Below, one piece after another: positions 48,882 to 59,411 of a stretch of DNA of 64,000 nucleotides. The stretch is from an uncultured Acidobacteriaceae bacterium (GTDB taxonomy: Bacteria > Acidobacteriota > Terriglobia > Terriglobales > Acidobacteriaceae): contig CAVOMN010000004.1 of assembly GCA_963697035.1 (NCBI GenBank), positions 27,723-91,722 of the forward strand. The letters are read 5' to 3'. Numbering within the stretch: position 1 is the stretch's first letter; every line of letters starts with the position of its first letter. A model generated the notes under the pieces. That model saw only the letters and a program-made list of their open reading frames with translations. It made no database searches and was not told the origin of the DNA. The position numbers were made by a program, and so were the translations under genes.

Positions 48882-50530
48882 TTACCGCAAGCTTCCTGTG
48901 GTCGCGTTGACCGGGTTGCCGATGGCTTCGCCGGATACCAGAAGTTCCACTCTGCCGGTTCTGCTGCCGGCCGGCGGAGTTATCGTTGGAGGCTACCGGC
49001 AAAGTGTTGCCGAAGCCTTTTGCGCTGACTGAATTGGTCGCCACGCCTTGTTGCACCAGGTAATCGCGCACCGATCCGGCGCGGTTCTCAGACAGCGTTT
49101 GATTCATTGCATCGCCGCCGACATTATCGGTGTAGCCGCCGACTTCAATGTTGAGTCCAGGGTAGGCGAGCAGAATGCCGGCGACTTTCGCCAGCTTCTC
49201 CCGCGCACCCGGCTTCAACGAATATTTTCCGGTGTCAAACAAAACATCGGACATGCTGACGATGAGCCCGCGCGCGCTGTCGCGAGTCTGGAGAATGGAA
49301 TTCAACTGCTCGGACAATCGCGTGCGCATGGCCGCTTTGTCGGTTTCCGCCTGTTGCGCGTTCTGCTGCGCTTGCTGCGCAGCTAAACGAGATTGTTCGG
49401 CATCGGCCTGGGCTGCGGCAGTGCGGTGGCTGATGCAGCCTGGCTGTCTGCCATATCGGATTTGGCCTGTCGGAGTCCGACTGTGCTGGCAGTTCGGCCT
49501 GGCCTCACGTGCAGCTTCGCCTGGGCTTTGCGCTTGCGCTGGCTGTGTCCGACTCGCCTGAGCTTGCGCTTCGGCACGGGCTTGGTCAGACTGGGCTTGC
49601 TCTTTCTGCCGGGTGGCGTCATCGGCTTGCGCCTGCGATTGTGCCTGCGCGTCGGCGGAAGCCTGGCGTTCGTTGGCCAGGCGCACCTCGTCCATCTTCT
49701 TGACCGCGATGGCGCGCGCATCTTCGGCAGTCTGCACTGCCTCGCGGGCGACTGCGATCAGCGGCTTTCTGTCGATGTGTTTTCTGGTGGCATATTCATC
49801 GGCATTGTTCATCAACTGGACAGCATGCTGATAGCTGTCGCTGGCATATTGCTCGGCTCCCTCGGATTGCGCGATGCGCAGCGCATTGCGCGCTTCGAAG
49901 AATTCCAACGGCAACTTGGCATTCAGAACCACCGGGTCGAACTTGTAGCCGGTGGGAATGTAGCCGCCGCGCTCCATAGTTCGTACTTTGCATTCACCGC
50001 CTCGGTCGTTCCCTTGGTGTCGTCGCGAACCACGTTCTCAATCACCACCACGTTGCTGGGCTGCCGCACGGCATAATAAGGTTCCGCGGTAACGATCAGA
50101 GCGAAAGCCTGAAGGTCGGTGGTGACGTCCAGCTTGCTGCGATGGTTGTCGCCCACCAGCACTTCGCCCAGGTTCACGGCCCGGCCTTCGGGCGAAATCG
50201 CCCACAGGATGTAGGTCAGATACTCATTGCCGAAAGTCGTGGGTTTTTGCAGATTGCCAAATTCCACTTCGATCTCGATGGAGCCCTTCTTGCTTTCTAC
50301 TTTGGCTTGGCCGTTCGCTGAGGGCATCAGATCGGTGCCCGCGAAATCCAGCTTGGTGGCTCCGCTGCGATGCTTGTAGTTGACGGCCTGCACGCTGCGG
50401 CTGACTACGTTCACCCGGAAGGTCGGCGTCGGGCCATGGGCTCGACGACCATGGTTGTTTGGGAATTGGTTTGAGCAAATGCGCTCAAACTGAGGGCGAT
50501 TCCGACTGCTAACAAAAGCTTTGTTTTCAC
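48882..50530 (-). pseudogene. OmpA-family protein (N-terminal beta domain, Gln/Ala coiled-coil linker, OmpA_C), at least 3 frameshifts
   Basis: GTG start with AAGGAG SD and signal peptide VKTKLLLAVGIALSLSAFAQ. Body in the frames of 49923..50816 and 48856..49977 ([51 protein letters not shown]). The [14 protein letters not shown] motif is split by a 1-nt shift near 48.94 kb. Confidence 0.65.
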
Positions 50531-50623
50531 AAGTATCTCCTTGTGGCAGATGTCTGCCGTGTTGCGTTGTATCGATCTTGTGATTGCTGATCCGCTGCTT
50601 GCTGGTATCCTGCTCGTCATCCT

Positions 50624-50816
50624 TTACGTTCCGACGTGGATATCTGGAAAGGGAATGAAACAGCCCAAAAACATTCAGGAGCCACAGAACCACGGCAATG
50701 ACCACGACGCCATTCAAAATTGACTTGATGGATCCCTGCATGGGAATGAAGCGATTCACCAGCCACAGCAGAACACCCACCACGATCAGAACTTCCAGGA
50801 GTTGAATTAAAGGCAT
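50624..50816 (-). pseudogene. small two-TM membrane protein, probable 1-nt frameshift near its 3' end
   Basis: MPLIQLLEVLIVVGVLLWLVNRFIPMQGSIKSILNGVVVIAVVLWLLNVFGLF.. The adjacent frame gives IPFPDIHVGT-stop at 50624. The listed 297-aa ORF is a read-through fusion with the OmpA gene. Confidence 0.45.
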
Positions 50817-51179
50817 GATCTTTACCTTCCTTGTTTCGCGGGCTAACGCCTCTCATCCGCCTGGAGGTGTTGCCCTAATTTCGATGTTCGAGACTTTTAG
50901 GGTCGAATCGTGTCTCGCCGGAGGTTTCGCGGCGTACACACGGATGAAGAATGCCGATTGGCTGGATGTGGCCGCTTGCGATCTCGATCCTGGATCTCAC
51001 CGCAGCGACCTAGGAATGAGAGCTGCGAATCAGCGGTCGCAGCTCCGTCTACACACTCAGGAGAATCAAGAATGACAGGTGCGGACTTTCGTGTCTGAGC
51101 AAGATAGCTCACATGTGCAGAATCAGGATGGATGTCCACCGGATCGAATCGCGAAGCCGTTCAGCGTGCTTGTGCGGAT

Positions 51180-51363
51180 TTAGCTGTAAGCACGGCGTTT
51201 TGGCAGCGGCAGATGCACGGGCCTCGGAATCTTCGGTAACTCAAATTCCCGTCCACAATCAAAGCAGACCCGGTAGGTCCGGTGTCTTGATGGTAAACAC
51301 GCGGCTCAGGTGACGGTGATGGCACCCGAAGGCAAATTGGAAAATCCAAAGTAGCGGGTTCAT
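51180..51363 (-). pseudogene. small zinc-ribbon protein, one frameshift
   Basis: MNPLLWIFQFAFGCHHRHLSRVFTIK, then a frame shift to RTYRVCFDCGREFELPKIPRPVHLPLPKRRAYS. Its ATG overlaps the GH130 stop (ATGA). Confidence 0.45.
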
Positions 51364-52345
51364 CGATCCTGATCTCGTCTGCGTTCGCAACTTCCATTGG
51401 CGTCGAGCCAAGTTAGTAGGGAGCGCACGCTGGCCCGAGCCAGGGCAATGGAGCAATCAGCGGCTCCGTAGTAGAGATTGATGGTGTCGCCATCCGGGTC
51501 CATGGTGTAGCCGCATGGAAACACCACATCGTCCACGTCGCCGTGGCGTTCGTAGTCGGCCTCCGGCCCAAAGATCCACGAGTCCCCTCGCAGCAAGCAT
51601 TTCTCCGGATTCTCAAGGTCAAACAGAGCCAGACCCAAGCGATAGAGACAGCCCGAAGGCGTGTGCCGCACTCCGTGGTAGAAGCACAAGCCATCCTCTG
51701 GAAGTCTCGATGGGCGGCGGCGACAAGCCGATCTTGTTCGCGTCCCACCAGGCGCCCGCGGCGTGCTTCCAGCATGAGCCGGTGCCTGCCCCAATGGCGC
51801 AGGTCGGGAGAGTAGGAAATCCACATGTGGGACCCGAGCGTCGTCATGGGCCGATGAATCAGCGCCCAGTAGCCATTGATTCTGCGAGGCAAAAGCGCCG
51901 AGTCTTTGTCGTCAGGCGGCATGATGACGCCGTAGCGCTCGAAGCTGCGAAAGTCTTTGGTCAGAGCAAGAGACACTCCCGGGCCACCGCGCGAATAGGA
52001 GGTGTAGGTGACCACGTATTGCTGCAGTTCCGGCACGAAAGTGATGCGAGGGTCTTCGATGCCCCAGATTTCTTCGGGATACTCTTTCGGGCTCGGCATC
52101 AGCGTCGGTTCGCGATCAATCTGCCAGCCGTCCACGCCGTTTCGCGAGCGCGCGGCGCAAAGATGCGACAAGCCGCGGCGATCTTCCACGCGGCAGAGCA
52201 GCAGAGTTGAGCCATCCGCAAGCAGCGTCGCGCCGGCATTGAAGACGCTGTTGATAGGGTAAGGCCAGTCCTTGCCGGTCAGGATTGGGTTGGCGGGATG
52301 GCGAAGAAGCAGAGGCTCGTGACGAGTTGTTGTGGCAACGCTCAT
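51360..52345 (-). pseudogene. GH130-family glycosidase/phosphorylase, frameshifted
   Basis: 51413..52345 (NPILTGKDWPYPINSVFNAGATLL..WGIEDPRITFV..VTYTSYS) and 51360..51824 (YHGV..YRLGLALFDLENPEKCLLRGDSWIFGPEADYERHGDVDDVVFPCGY..INLYYGAADCSIALA) in different frames. Confidence 0.75.
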
Positions 52346-52375
52346 AAGGATTTCACGAGAAGAAAGAGGACAACT

Positions 52376-54806
52376 TCAAAGTACATGAGCCGGAACCTCA
52401 TCCCAGGTACTGACGGTGCGGAACAGGTCGCCGCTTGATCGCGGACCATCAACCTCTCCCTGCAAGCGCATTTCGACTTGCGCCATCAGGAACGCCAGGG
52501 TTGATTCTGCTCCCTGGTTTTCGTTCACGCGCTCCGGATGCAAACCGTCTCGGCAACCACCGGTGAGTGGGATCGTATAGAGGCAATCTGCAGATCGTTG
52601 TCTCCCAGAAACCAGTTGAAGGCCGACCAGGCTTCCCTGCGCCAGCGATCATCTCCGGTTGCGCGATAGGCTTCGAGACACGCGGAAACCGCGCCGCCCG
52701 CTTCAACCGGCTGTTGATCGAAGCGTGCCCTTTCAGCCGCCCTTGCGGTAGAAACCCTGCGAACCGATGGGCACAAAATGGTCTTGTTTCCTCCGCAACG
52801 CTGCATTTCGCTGAGCCAATTCAGTGCTCTCGAGGCCGATGGATATCATCTGCCGGTCCGAGTTACGACGGCCGGCTATCAAGAGCGCTTGCGGCAACCT
52901 GGCATTGGAGTATGCCAGAACATCCTCAAACCAGTCCCAGCCCGGTGACCGGTTACTGCGCGTAGATTTCGACCAGCCGGGTGGCCAGCGCCGAACTCAC
53001 TCGTTGGGCCTCTCTGTCGCCGGGAAAGCAATGGAGGTATTCCTCAATCCCCAGCAGTGCGAAGGCCCAGGCGCGCGGGCTGTGAAAACGCAACCACGGC
53101 GGGAGCCGCGATCTCGAAAAGATGGCCCGCCGCACCCCGGAGCGCCGTGATCTTTGGAACGTCCCAGAACCGTCCCGAGTGCCCACAATGCGCGCCCATG
53201 AGAATCCTCTGAGCCCTGCGCTTCGCTCCACGTGCGCTCATAGCTCAGGAAGTTTCTGAATCTTCCATTCGCCGGATTCAGTGCATGACCCAGAAAAGCC
53301 AGATAGCGCGAGGCCAGGTTGTCGGTCGGCCACGGACTCCGTTTGTCCAAGTTGCTCGAGCAGGACGGTGAGAACGAGAGCACGCGCATTATCGTCGGTG
53401 GTGTATCCCTCGGTGTAGTTGGGAACTGCAAAGGTCGCGTGCTGGAGCATCCCGGTGTCGTCGGTCAACCGATGCAAATGATCCAGCTTTAGCGCCGGCA
53501 GCTTGTCGAGAGATTTCGCTGGTACCGCTATCCGCGAACATCACGCGTGGCTCCCGCATGCGGTCACTGCGAGCCTGCGCAAAACTCGCCATGTAACCCT
53601 GGGCGACTTTCTTCCAGACCATTCCCCGTGCGTACAAATAGGCGCGTTTGCGCATGGCGTGGCGTATCGCCGGGGTATCCAAGAGTTCGATCGTCTTTCG
53701 CGCAATCGCGTCCGGATTTTGGAAGGGAACCAACGCACCACGCCGGTCGTCCAACAACTCGATCGCGTGCCAGTACGGAGTCGAGATGATCGCCTTGCCC
53801 GCACCCAACGCATAGGCAAGCGTCCCGGAAACTACCTGTGCCTCATGGCGGTAAGGAGTGATATAGATGTCGGCCGCGCCAATGAACTCAGCCATCTCTG
53901 CAGGGCTGACAAAGCGGTCGTGGAAGATCACTTTGGATTCCACTCCCATTTCCTTCGCCAAAGCCTGCAAGCTGGCTCGCGATAGTGTCGCCCTCACGAC
54001 GAAGGATGTGCGGATGGGTCGCGCCCGCAACCATGTAGACCACATTCTTGTGCCTGGACAAAATCTGCGGCAGTGCTTGGATGACGTTTTCGATTCCCTT
54101 ATTCGGCGAGAGCAGCCCGAAGGTGAGAAGTACTGCTTTTCCTTCCACGTCAAACCGGTCTTTATAGAAATTGGGATCCAGAAATGGCAAATCGGGAACG
54201 CCATGCGGAACCATGTCGATCTTGCTGCCAGGTACTTTGAATATTTCTTGCAGGAACTGGGAAGACAGCTCGCTCATCACGATGAGACGATCCGATAGCG
54301 CCTGCGATCTCCTCCATTACCCGCCGTTGATCGGGATTCGGTTCGCGAAGAACCGTATGAAGAGTCGTGATAACCGGCATCTTGAGCCGGCGCAGCAGCA
54401 CCAGAATATGACTGCCGGCCGGGCCGCCAAAAATTCCGTATTCGTGCTGCAGGCATACCAAATCGAAGTTCGTGAAATTCAGGAACTCGGCAGCCTGCTC
54501 ATAGGAGGACAAATCATCCTGCGCCAGCGCGAGTCTTACCCGCGCTGGGTAGGCATACCCCGCTTCCGTGTCGTTGACCGGCACGGCGAACAGCCGTGCC
54601 GTACCACATTCGGTGGAAATCGCTTCGCACAAGTCGGTAGTAAAAGTGGCGATCCCACACTGGCGCGGAAGATAGTTGCCAACGATGGCGATCCGGCTGG
54701 GGAGACCCGCGCTCGATTGCAGCTGAATGGGCGCCTTGGGCGCTTGCCAGGAAGCTATCGGTCGCCGGTTAACAAGTTCGAGTGCTCCGGTCAAAGGTAG
54801 TGACAT
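52376..54806 (-). pseudogene. GT4 glycosyltransferase fused to a C-terminal alpha-helical domain, many frameshifts
   Basis: Fragments 54162..54806, 53888..54280 and 53389..54204 carry the GT4 core (ADIYITPYRHEAQVVSGTLAYALGAGKAIISTPYWHAIELL). Fragments 53238..53477, 52997..53431, 52953..53231, 52525..52806 and 52449..52706 carry the C-terminal domain. Confidence 0.7.
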
Positions 54807-55312
54807 CAGTTTTCTGGTTTGCGCCTAGCTAGTTTGGAGAGGTTGATTTCCATAATGAACGCCCGCTCTTCAGTGGTGAATCGAGAACGGGCAATGACAT
54901 TTCATTTCACTCGCTTTTGGGTTCGTGCTATCCGGAACGCAGTCTCCCGTTTCTAAGTCTCGGCTAGACCGGCGAGGAAGGCTGATCAAAATTGATCAGA
55001 TTACAATGTCAAAATGCAGTTGGAGAAATCTCCTGACCGACGGCAATGGTGACGTGCCCTCGAAAAACTCAGCCAGCTAGAATTGGGGACCTCACGTCGC
55101 GGCGGTAGCGATGAAGGAGGGCTGCGGCCATGAAGAGAGGGCGCTTCAGCGATTCAGGGTCAGGACAGAATGCTGCAAATCAGCCCACTCTTCCCTCCGG
55201 CGCATACATCGGACTATGCCTAATGACCCGGCGTCAGAATTTCCAGAGTGCACGTCGCCTGCCGGGGCGCGAAAGTAAGGTCGTCATTCGCGTTCTTTCC
55301 CGTCGGCGACGC

Positions 55313-55429
55313 CCGTTTACTTTGGGCTGGACCCGAGCCACTCAGTATTCCACTGGACAGTCCCCCTGCATGGAAGCTGGGCCCACAGATCATGTTTGGA
55401 ATTTGGAGGAATTGGTGGGATTATTGGGG
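55313..55429 (+). mobile_element. possible C-terminal remnant of a transposase
   Basis: Translation ..SPCMEAGPTDHVWNLEELVGLLG resembles the TPAMAAG(L/V)TDHxWSxEELV tail I recall from IS1/IS1595-type transposases. No catalytic region is present. Confidence 0.3.
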
Positions 55430-55450
55430 ATCAGCTCAGGGAGTAGCCGC

Positions 55451-55840
55451 ATGACGCAAGAGGACAGAGACAAGATAGCTGGACAGACGCGCCGAGAGTA
55501 TCGCGAGGCCAAACACGAATTGGCGGCGTTGCAAGCAATAGCCCGCAAACTGGGTGAACGCATGACACAAGTGGGAAACCTGCTCGCCAACGCGCCAGAG
55601 ACTCTTATTTTCAACCAGGAGTCGCACGACCCACGATTCCAGCCCGCACTCGATCCTCTTGCCACAACGGGAGAATTTGCTGAGGTTCATGAAATGCTTC
55701 CGCTCACTAATCAAATCCGTGCAGCCATACTCAGGGTTGATAAGTTGCGGCAAGAACTTACTCGGCTTGAAGAGGAAGATCCAGAGGGCGGCGAACCCGG
55801 TGTTTTCAATTCTCCACCACGACCCCATTTCATTGGGTGA
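55451..55840 (+). CDS. hypothetical coiled-coil protein (129 aa)
   Basis: Internal ATG with GGGAG SD. MTQEDRDKIAGQTRREYREAKHELAALQAIARKLGERM.. Confidence 0.45.
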   Translation: MTQEDRDKIAGQTRREYREAKHELAALQAIARKLGERMTQVGNLLANAPETLIFNQESHDPRFQPALDPLATTGEFAEVHEMLPLTNQIRAAILRVDKLRQELTRLEEEDPEGGEPGVFNSPPRPHFIG

Positions 55841-55995
55841 CCGTTGCAATCCGCTGGTCTAACACTACCGTTCTTGCGCGATCGGAAGTGACCCCTCCTC
55901 GCTCGATCGAAATCGGTGGCCCGACCGTGGATGCGATCTGGCGATGATCGTCGCGCACCCGGGAAGCGATTCCCAGCGGAATGCCGAGCGTGGGC

Positions 55996-57024
55996 CTAAC
56001 CTGCCGATGGCTCCGTCGCCGCCGGCGCGGGCGGAGCCATCACATCAGAGCGTTGATTGATCAAGGCGAGGGGTTCAAGGCCCATGCTGATTCGGCGTAC
56101 ATTCTCGCCCGTGAAATCCGCTCGACGCCGCCACGTCCCGTAAGTGTTCCCCGCGATGTGATTGGTGACGACTACGTTGGGCAGATGGAGCAACGGGTGA
56201 TCGGTGGTTATCGGCTCGGGTTCGGTCACATCCAGTCCCGCACCTGCCGGCTGCCCTTCCCGCAGGCAGCGCGCAAGAGCGTCGCAATCGACCAGGCCGC
56301 CACGCGCTACATTGATCAGAAACGCGGAGGACTTCATCAGCCGAATCCGCCTTTCGCCGAAGATGTGTTTCGTCTGCTCGGTCAAGTGGAGATGGAGAGA
56401 CACGTAATCGGCCGCGGCTAACGCCTCGTCAAGTTGCCCGGGACCCGTGGCGAACTCGATCCCAAATTGGCGCTTTTCGTCAGCACTGATTTCACGAACA
56501 TCGATGGCATGGATTCGCATGCCGAAGGGAACGGCCCGCCGCGCCAGTTCCTTGCCTGCAGCTCCGAAGCCGACAATCAAGAGAACCTTTCCCGCCAGTT
56601 CGTCTCCCAAGGGCAGATTGATCACCCCGGATTGCACGTTGCGCTGAATTCCATGCCAATGCCGCGAAAGCATCAGCATGAGCATGAGCGCACACTCTGC
56701 CAGAGGGACCCCGGTCAGGTTGCCTGGACAATTGGCCACCGGAACCTTCTTCGACCGCCAGTATTCCAGGTCGAACTGGTCGATCCCATTGCCGAGGACC
56801 TGCCACAGTTTGATGCCGCCTGCAAAGTCGGCCATCTCGCGGGTTCCCATAATCCCGCCAAAATCAATTCCAACGTCCGCCCATTCAATCTGGGGACCGA
56901 CCGGCAAATTGCGGTCATACAGGCGCAACTCGTGCGGCGGTTTGATCACATCAATCACATCTCGTCCCCAACGATTGCCGGGAATGAGGGTGGGAGGAAG
57001 ATAGAGTACGTTGAGCTTTTTCAT
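55996..57024 (-). CDS. D-isomer-specific 2-hydroxyacid dehydrogenase family protein
   Basis: NAD-binding motif GKVLLIVGFGAAGKELARR. Catalytic region SAFLINVARGGLVD..TNHIAG. Its ATG at 57024 overlaps the upstream stop. Confidence 0.85.
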   Translation of the reverse strand: MKKLNVLYLPPTLIPGNRWGRDVIDVIKPPHELRLYDRNLPVGPQIEWADVGIDFGGIMGTREMADFAGGIKLWQVLGNGIDQFDLEYWRSKKVPVANCPGNLTGVPLAECALMLMLMLSRHWHGIQRNVQSGVINLPLGDELAGKVLLIVGFGAAGKELARRAVPFGMRIHAIDVREISADEKRQFGIEFATGPGQLDEALAAADYVSLHLHLTEQTKHIFGERRIRLMKSSAFLINVARGGLVDCDALARCLREGQPAGAGLDVTEPEPITTDHPLLHLPNVVVTNHIAGNTYGTWRRRADFTGENVRRISMGLEPLALINQRSDVMAPPAPAATEPSAG

Positions 57025-57812
57025 CGTGATTGAGTAGGCACCGCAGCCCGTACTTCCCGGAGGCACCGGCGCGCTTCCGCCATCAAATAGCCGTCATCAC
57101 TCGCCACCAGCAGGAGATTGTCTCCCTGGCGGGCGCATTCCCGGGCAAATTCCAGGTTGTAGCAACCGGTCCCCATAGCCTTGCCGTGCCGCCGGCAAGC
57201 CGCCCGGACCGTATCTACTGCTGAAATGAAACGCGGATCATCGAACTTCTTGAAACAGCCCAGGGCCATGCTCAAGTCATTTGGCCCCATCACCGCGGCG
57301 TCAATGCCATCGACTTTCACAATGTCATCGATGCGTTCTACGGCTTCGAGGGTCTCGATGATGGGCAGGCACAACATGGCCGCGTTGGCCTTTGCCAGGT
57401 ATTCATCCGAATCCATCCCATAAACCGCGCGGCGCGGTCCCCACCCCCGAATGCCGGCTGGTGGATAACGGCAGTATTCCACCAGGCGAGCGGCTTCTTC
57501 GCCGCTATTTATGAAGGGGCACATGACCCCGGGGGAGCCAGTATCGAGATAAAGTCGGATTTCATCCAGGTCGAGCTTCCGCGGACGCCCCAGCAGCACC
57601 GCCGAAGTGCCCGCGGCGGCTTGCAGCATATGCTTGAGCGTGTCGATGCTATGGGGGGCGTGCTCGGTATCGAGGGAAATCCAATCGTATCCCGCGTGGC
57701 CGAAAATCTCCGCTATCGACGGATCGGTGAGACCAAGTTGCGCGCCAATCAAGCACTCGCCGGCCCGAAGTCTCGCCTTGAACCTCAATGCCTTGTCGAT
57801 TTCATTCGTCAT
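57021..57812 (-). CDS. HpcH/HpaI-family aldolase
   Basis: 263-aa ORF. Motifs GYDWISLDTEHAP, PIIETLEAVERIDDI, GPNDLS. Confidence 0.85.
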   Translation of the reverse strand: MTNEIDKALRFKARLRAGECLIGAQLGLTDPSIAEIFGHAGYDWISLDTEHAPHSIDTLKHMLQAAAGTSAVLLGRPRKLDLDEIRLYLDTGSPGVMCPFINSGEEAARLVEYCRYPPAGIRGWGPRRAVYGMDSDEYLAKANAAMLCLPIIETLEAVERIDDIVKVDGIDAAVMGPNDLSMALGCFKKFDDPRFISAVDTVRAACRRHGKAMGTGCYNLEFARECARQGDNLLLVASDDGYLMAEARRCLREVRAAVPTQSR

Positions 57813-58218
57813 TCGGCCCTTGCCTCCTCAGTCGAGCGCCACCCACTGAATTCTGATCTCTTCTCAAAATAGCATCTAAAAAAATGGCTGTCAGGTAGGA
57901 CTCGAAGCCACACCCCCGTTCACCCCCGCCCTCCCGCGAGCAAGACGGTAACAGATGCAGGAAACAATTGTCTACAAGATTGTTGACCCACTCGCGATTG
58001 GAATAATCTTGCCTTGAAAAGTGTCAAATACCCTAAACTGTTACGCTGTTGTTCCGCAGGATTTGCTACGTGGGGACGGTTGCCTTTTGCATCCAAGTAG
58101 TCAAATTGATTTCTTTTTAGTCGAAGTCAACATTTGCAACGCAGTGAGGTCGTGTCCAATAGTCCTTGAGCTAGAGCCAAGCGGTCGCAGGAAAGTGCAT
58201 TCAGGTTAAGGAGAGAAT

Positions 58219-59211
58219 ATGCGGCAGGTATTGATTACAGATTTCGCCTGGAAAGATCTCAAGGTAGAAGAAGAGATACTCACTCAGGCGGGGATTGCGA
58301 TACAGGTAGCGAAAACAGCGTCGGAAGAGGAGCTCCTTCAGCTCGCCCCTGCAGCCGACGGCATTTTGACGTGTTGGAAGCCGGTAAGTGGGAGGGTGAT
58401 CGGCAAGGCGGGGCGCTGCCTGTCGATTGGCCGTTTTGGAATCGGACTGGACAACATTGATGTGGCAGCGGCAACCGCTGCCGGGATTATTGTCACCAAC
58501 GTGCCAGCATATTGCATAGACGAAGTTTCCGACCATGCGATGGCTTTGCTCCTGGCTTGTACGCGAAAAATAGCGTTCTACGACCGCAACATCAAAGCCG
58601 GTTCCTATGATTTGCAGGCGGGAACGCCTTTGTTCCGCCTCAGGGGAAAAACCCTGGGCATTGTCGGCTTTGGGAGGATTGGAAGTGCTTTGTCGCTGAA
58701 GGCACGGGCCTTTGGCCTCAACATCATCGTCTTCGATCCGAACATTCCTTCGGACAAGATTTCGCAAGCCGGGGCTGCTGCCGTTTCTTTCCCTGAGCTA
58801 CTCAAAGGAAGTGATTTCATTTCGATTCATGTCCCGCTTTCAGTCCAGACGGCTCGCTTATTCGACTACAACACTTTTCGTGAAATGAAACGCACCGCAG
58901 TCATCATCAATACTTCACGAGGGGACGTTATCGATAGCGCAGGTTTGCTCGCTGCTTTAAATGAGAAACTCATCGCGGGCGCTGGGCTTGACGTTTTGTC
59001 CCAAGAGCCTCCCGCTGCCGGCGATGCGCTCATCGGCCATCCCAAGACAGTGATCACGCCACATGCAGCCTTCAACTCCGAGGAGTCTCTCGTGGACCTG
59101 AGGAAAACGGCGGCCACTCAAATGGCCGATGTCCTCTGCGGCAGGAAGCCACAAAATATCGTCAATGCTGACGTACTGAAAAGACCAGCATTGCGGTGGC
59201 ATGTTTCCTGA
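58219..59211 (+). CDS. 2-hydroxyacid dehydrogenase (CtBP/PGDH-like)
   Basis: Motifs GKTLGIVGFGRIGSAL, INTSRGDVID and TPHAAFNS. Confidence 0.85.
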   Translation: MRQVLITDFAWKDLKVEEEILTQAGIAIQVAKTASEEELLQLAPAADGILTCWKPVSGRVIGKAGRCLSIGRFGIGLDNIDVAAATAAGIIVTNVPAYCIDEVSDHAMALLLACTRKIAFYDRNIKAGSYDLQAGTPLFRLRGKTLGIVGFGRIGSALSLKARAFGLNIIVFDPNIPSDKISQAGAAAVSFPELLKGSDFISIHVPLSVQTARLFDYNTFREMKRTAVIINTSRGDVIDSAGLLAALNEKLIAGAGLDVLSQEPPAAGDALIGHPKTVITPHAAFNSEESLVDLRKTAATQMADVLCGRKPQNIVNADVLKRPALRWHVS

Positions 59212-59411
59212 GGAAGGCCCACAGTGCGGTTGAAGTGCCCCGGTTTGCTGGGCGGTGGGCAGAGGTTGACCCGAAAGACTTGATTGAACCCGGCGAGAAA
59301 GAGCAATAATCGGGATCGGCCGACTTTCAATGAACGCTAGCGGCCTGGTTACGACTGGTGGGGTGTCAATTGCCTGCGAGACGCGGCCTTCTCGCTTATA
59401 ATTTGCCCGCT

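Noticed and set aside
49923-50816. 297-aa ORF as a single protein
   Set aside because: The N-terminal 55 aa form a typical two-TM mini-protein and the remainder is the beta domain of the OmpA-like gene. A separate SD plus GTG and signal peptide for the OmpA gene sit at 50530 in another frame. The long ORF is a read-through artefact of frameshifts.
57886-57915. tRNA-like 3' end on the minus strand (..GGCTTCGAGTCCTACCTGACAGCCA followed by TTTTTTT)
   Set aside because: The T-stem cannot be paired (GTGGC versus CCTAC with an extra C before the TTCGAGT loop). No complementary 5' acceptor strand, D-arm or anticodon arm is found upstream. At most it is a badly decayed remnant.
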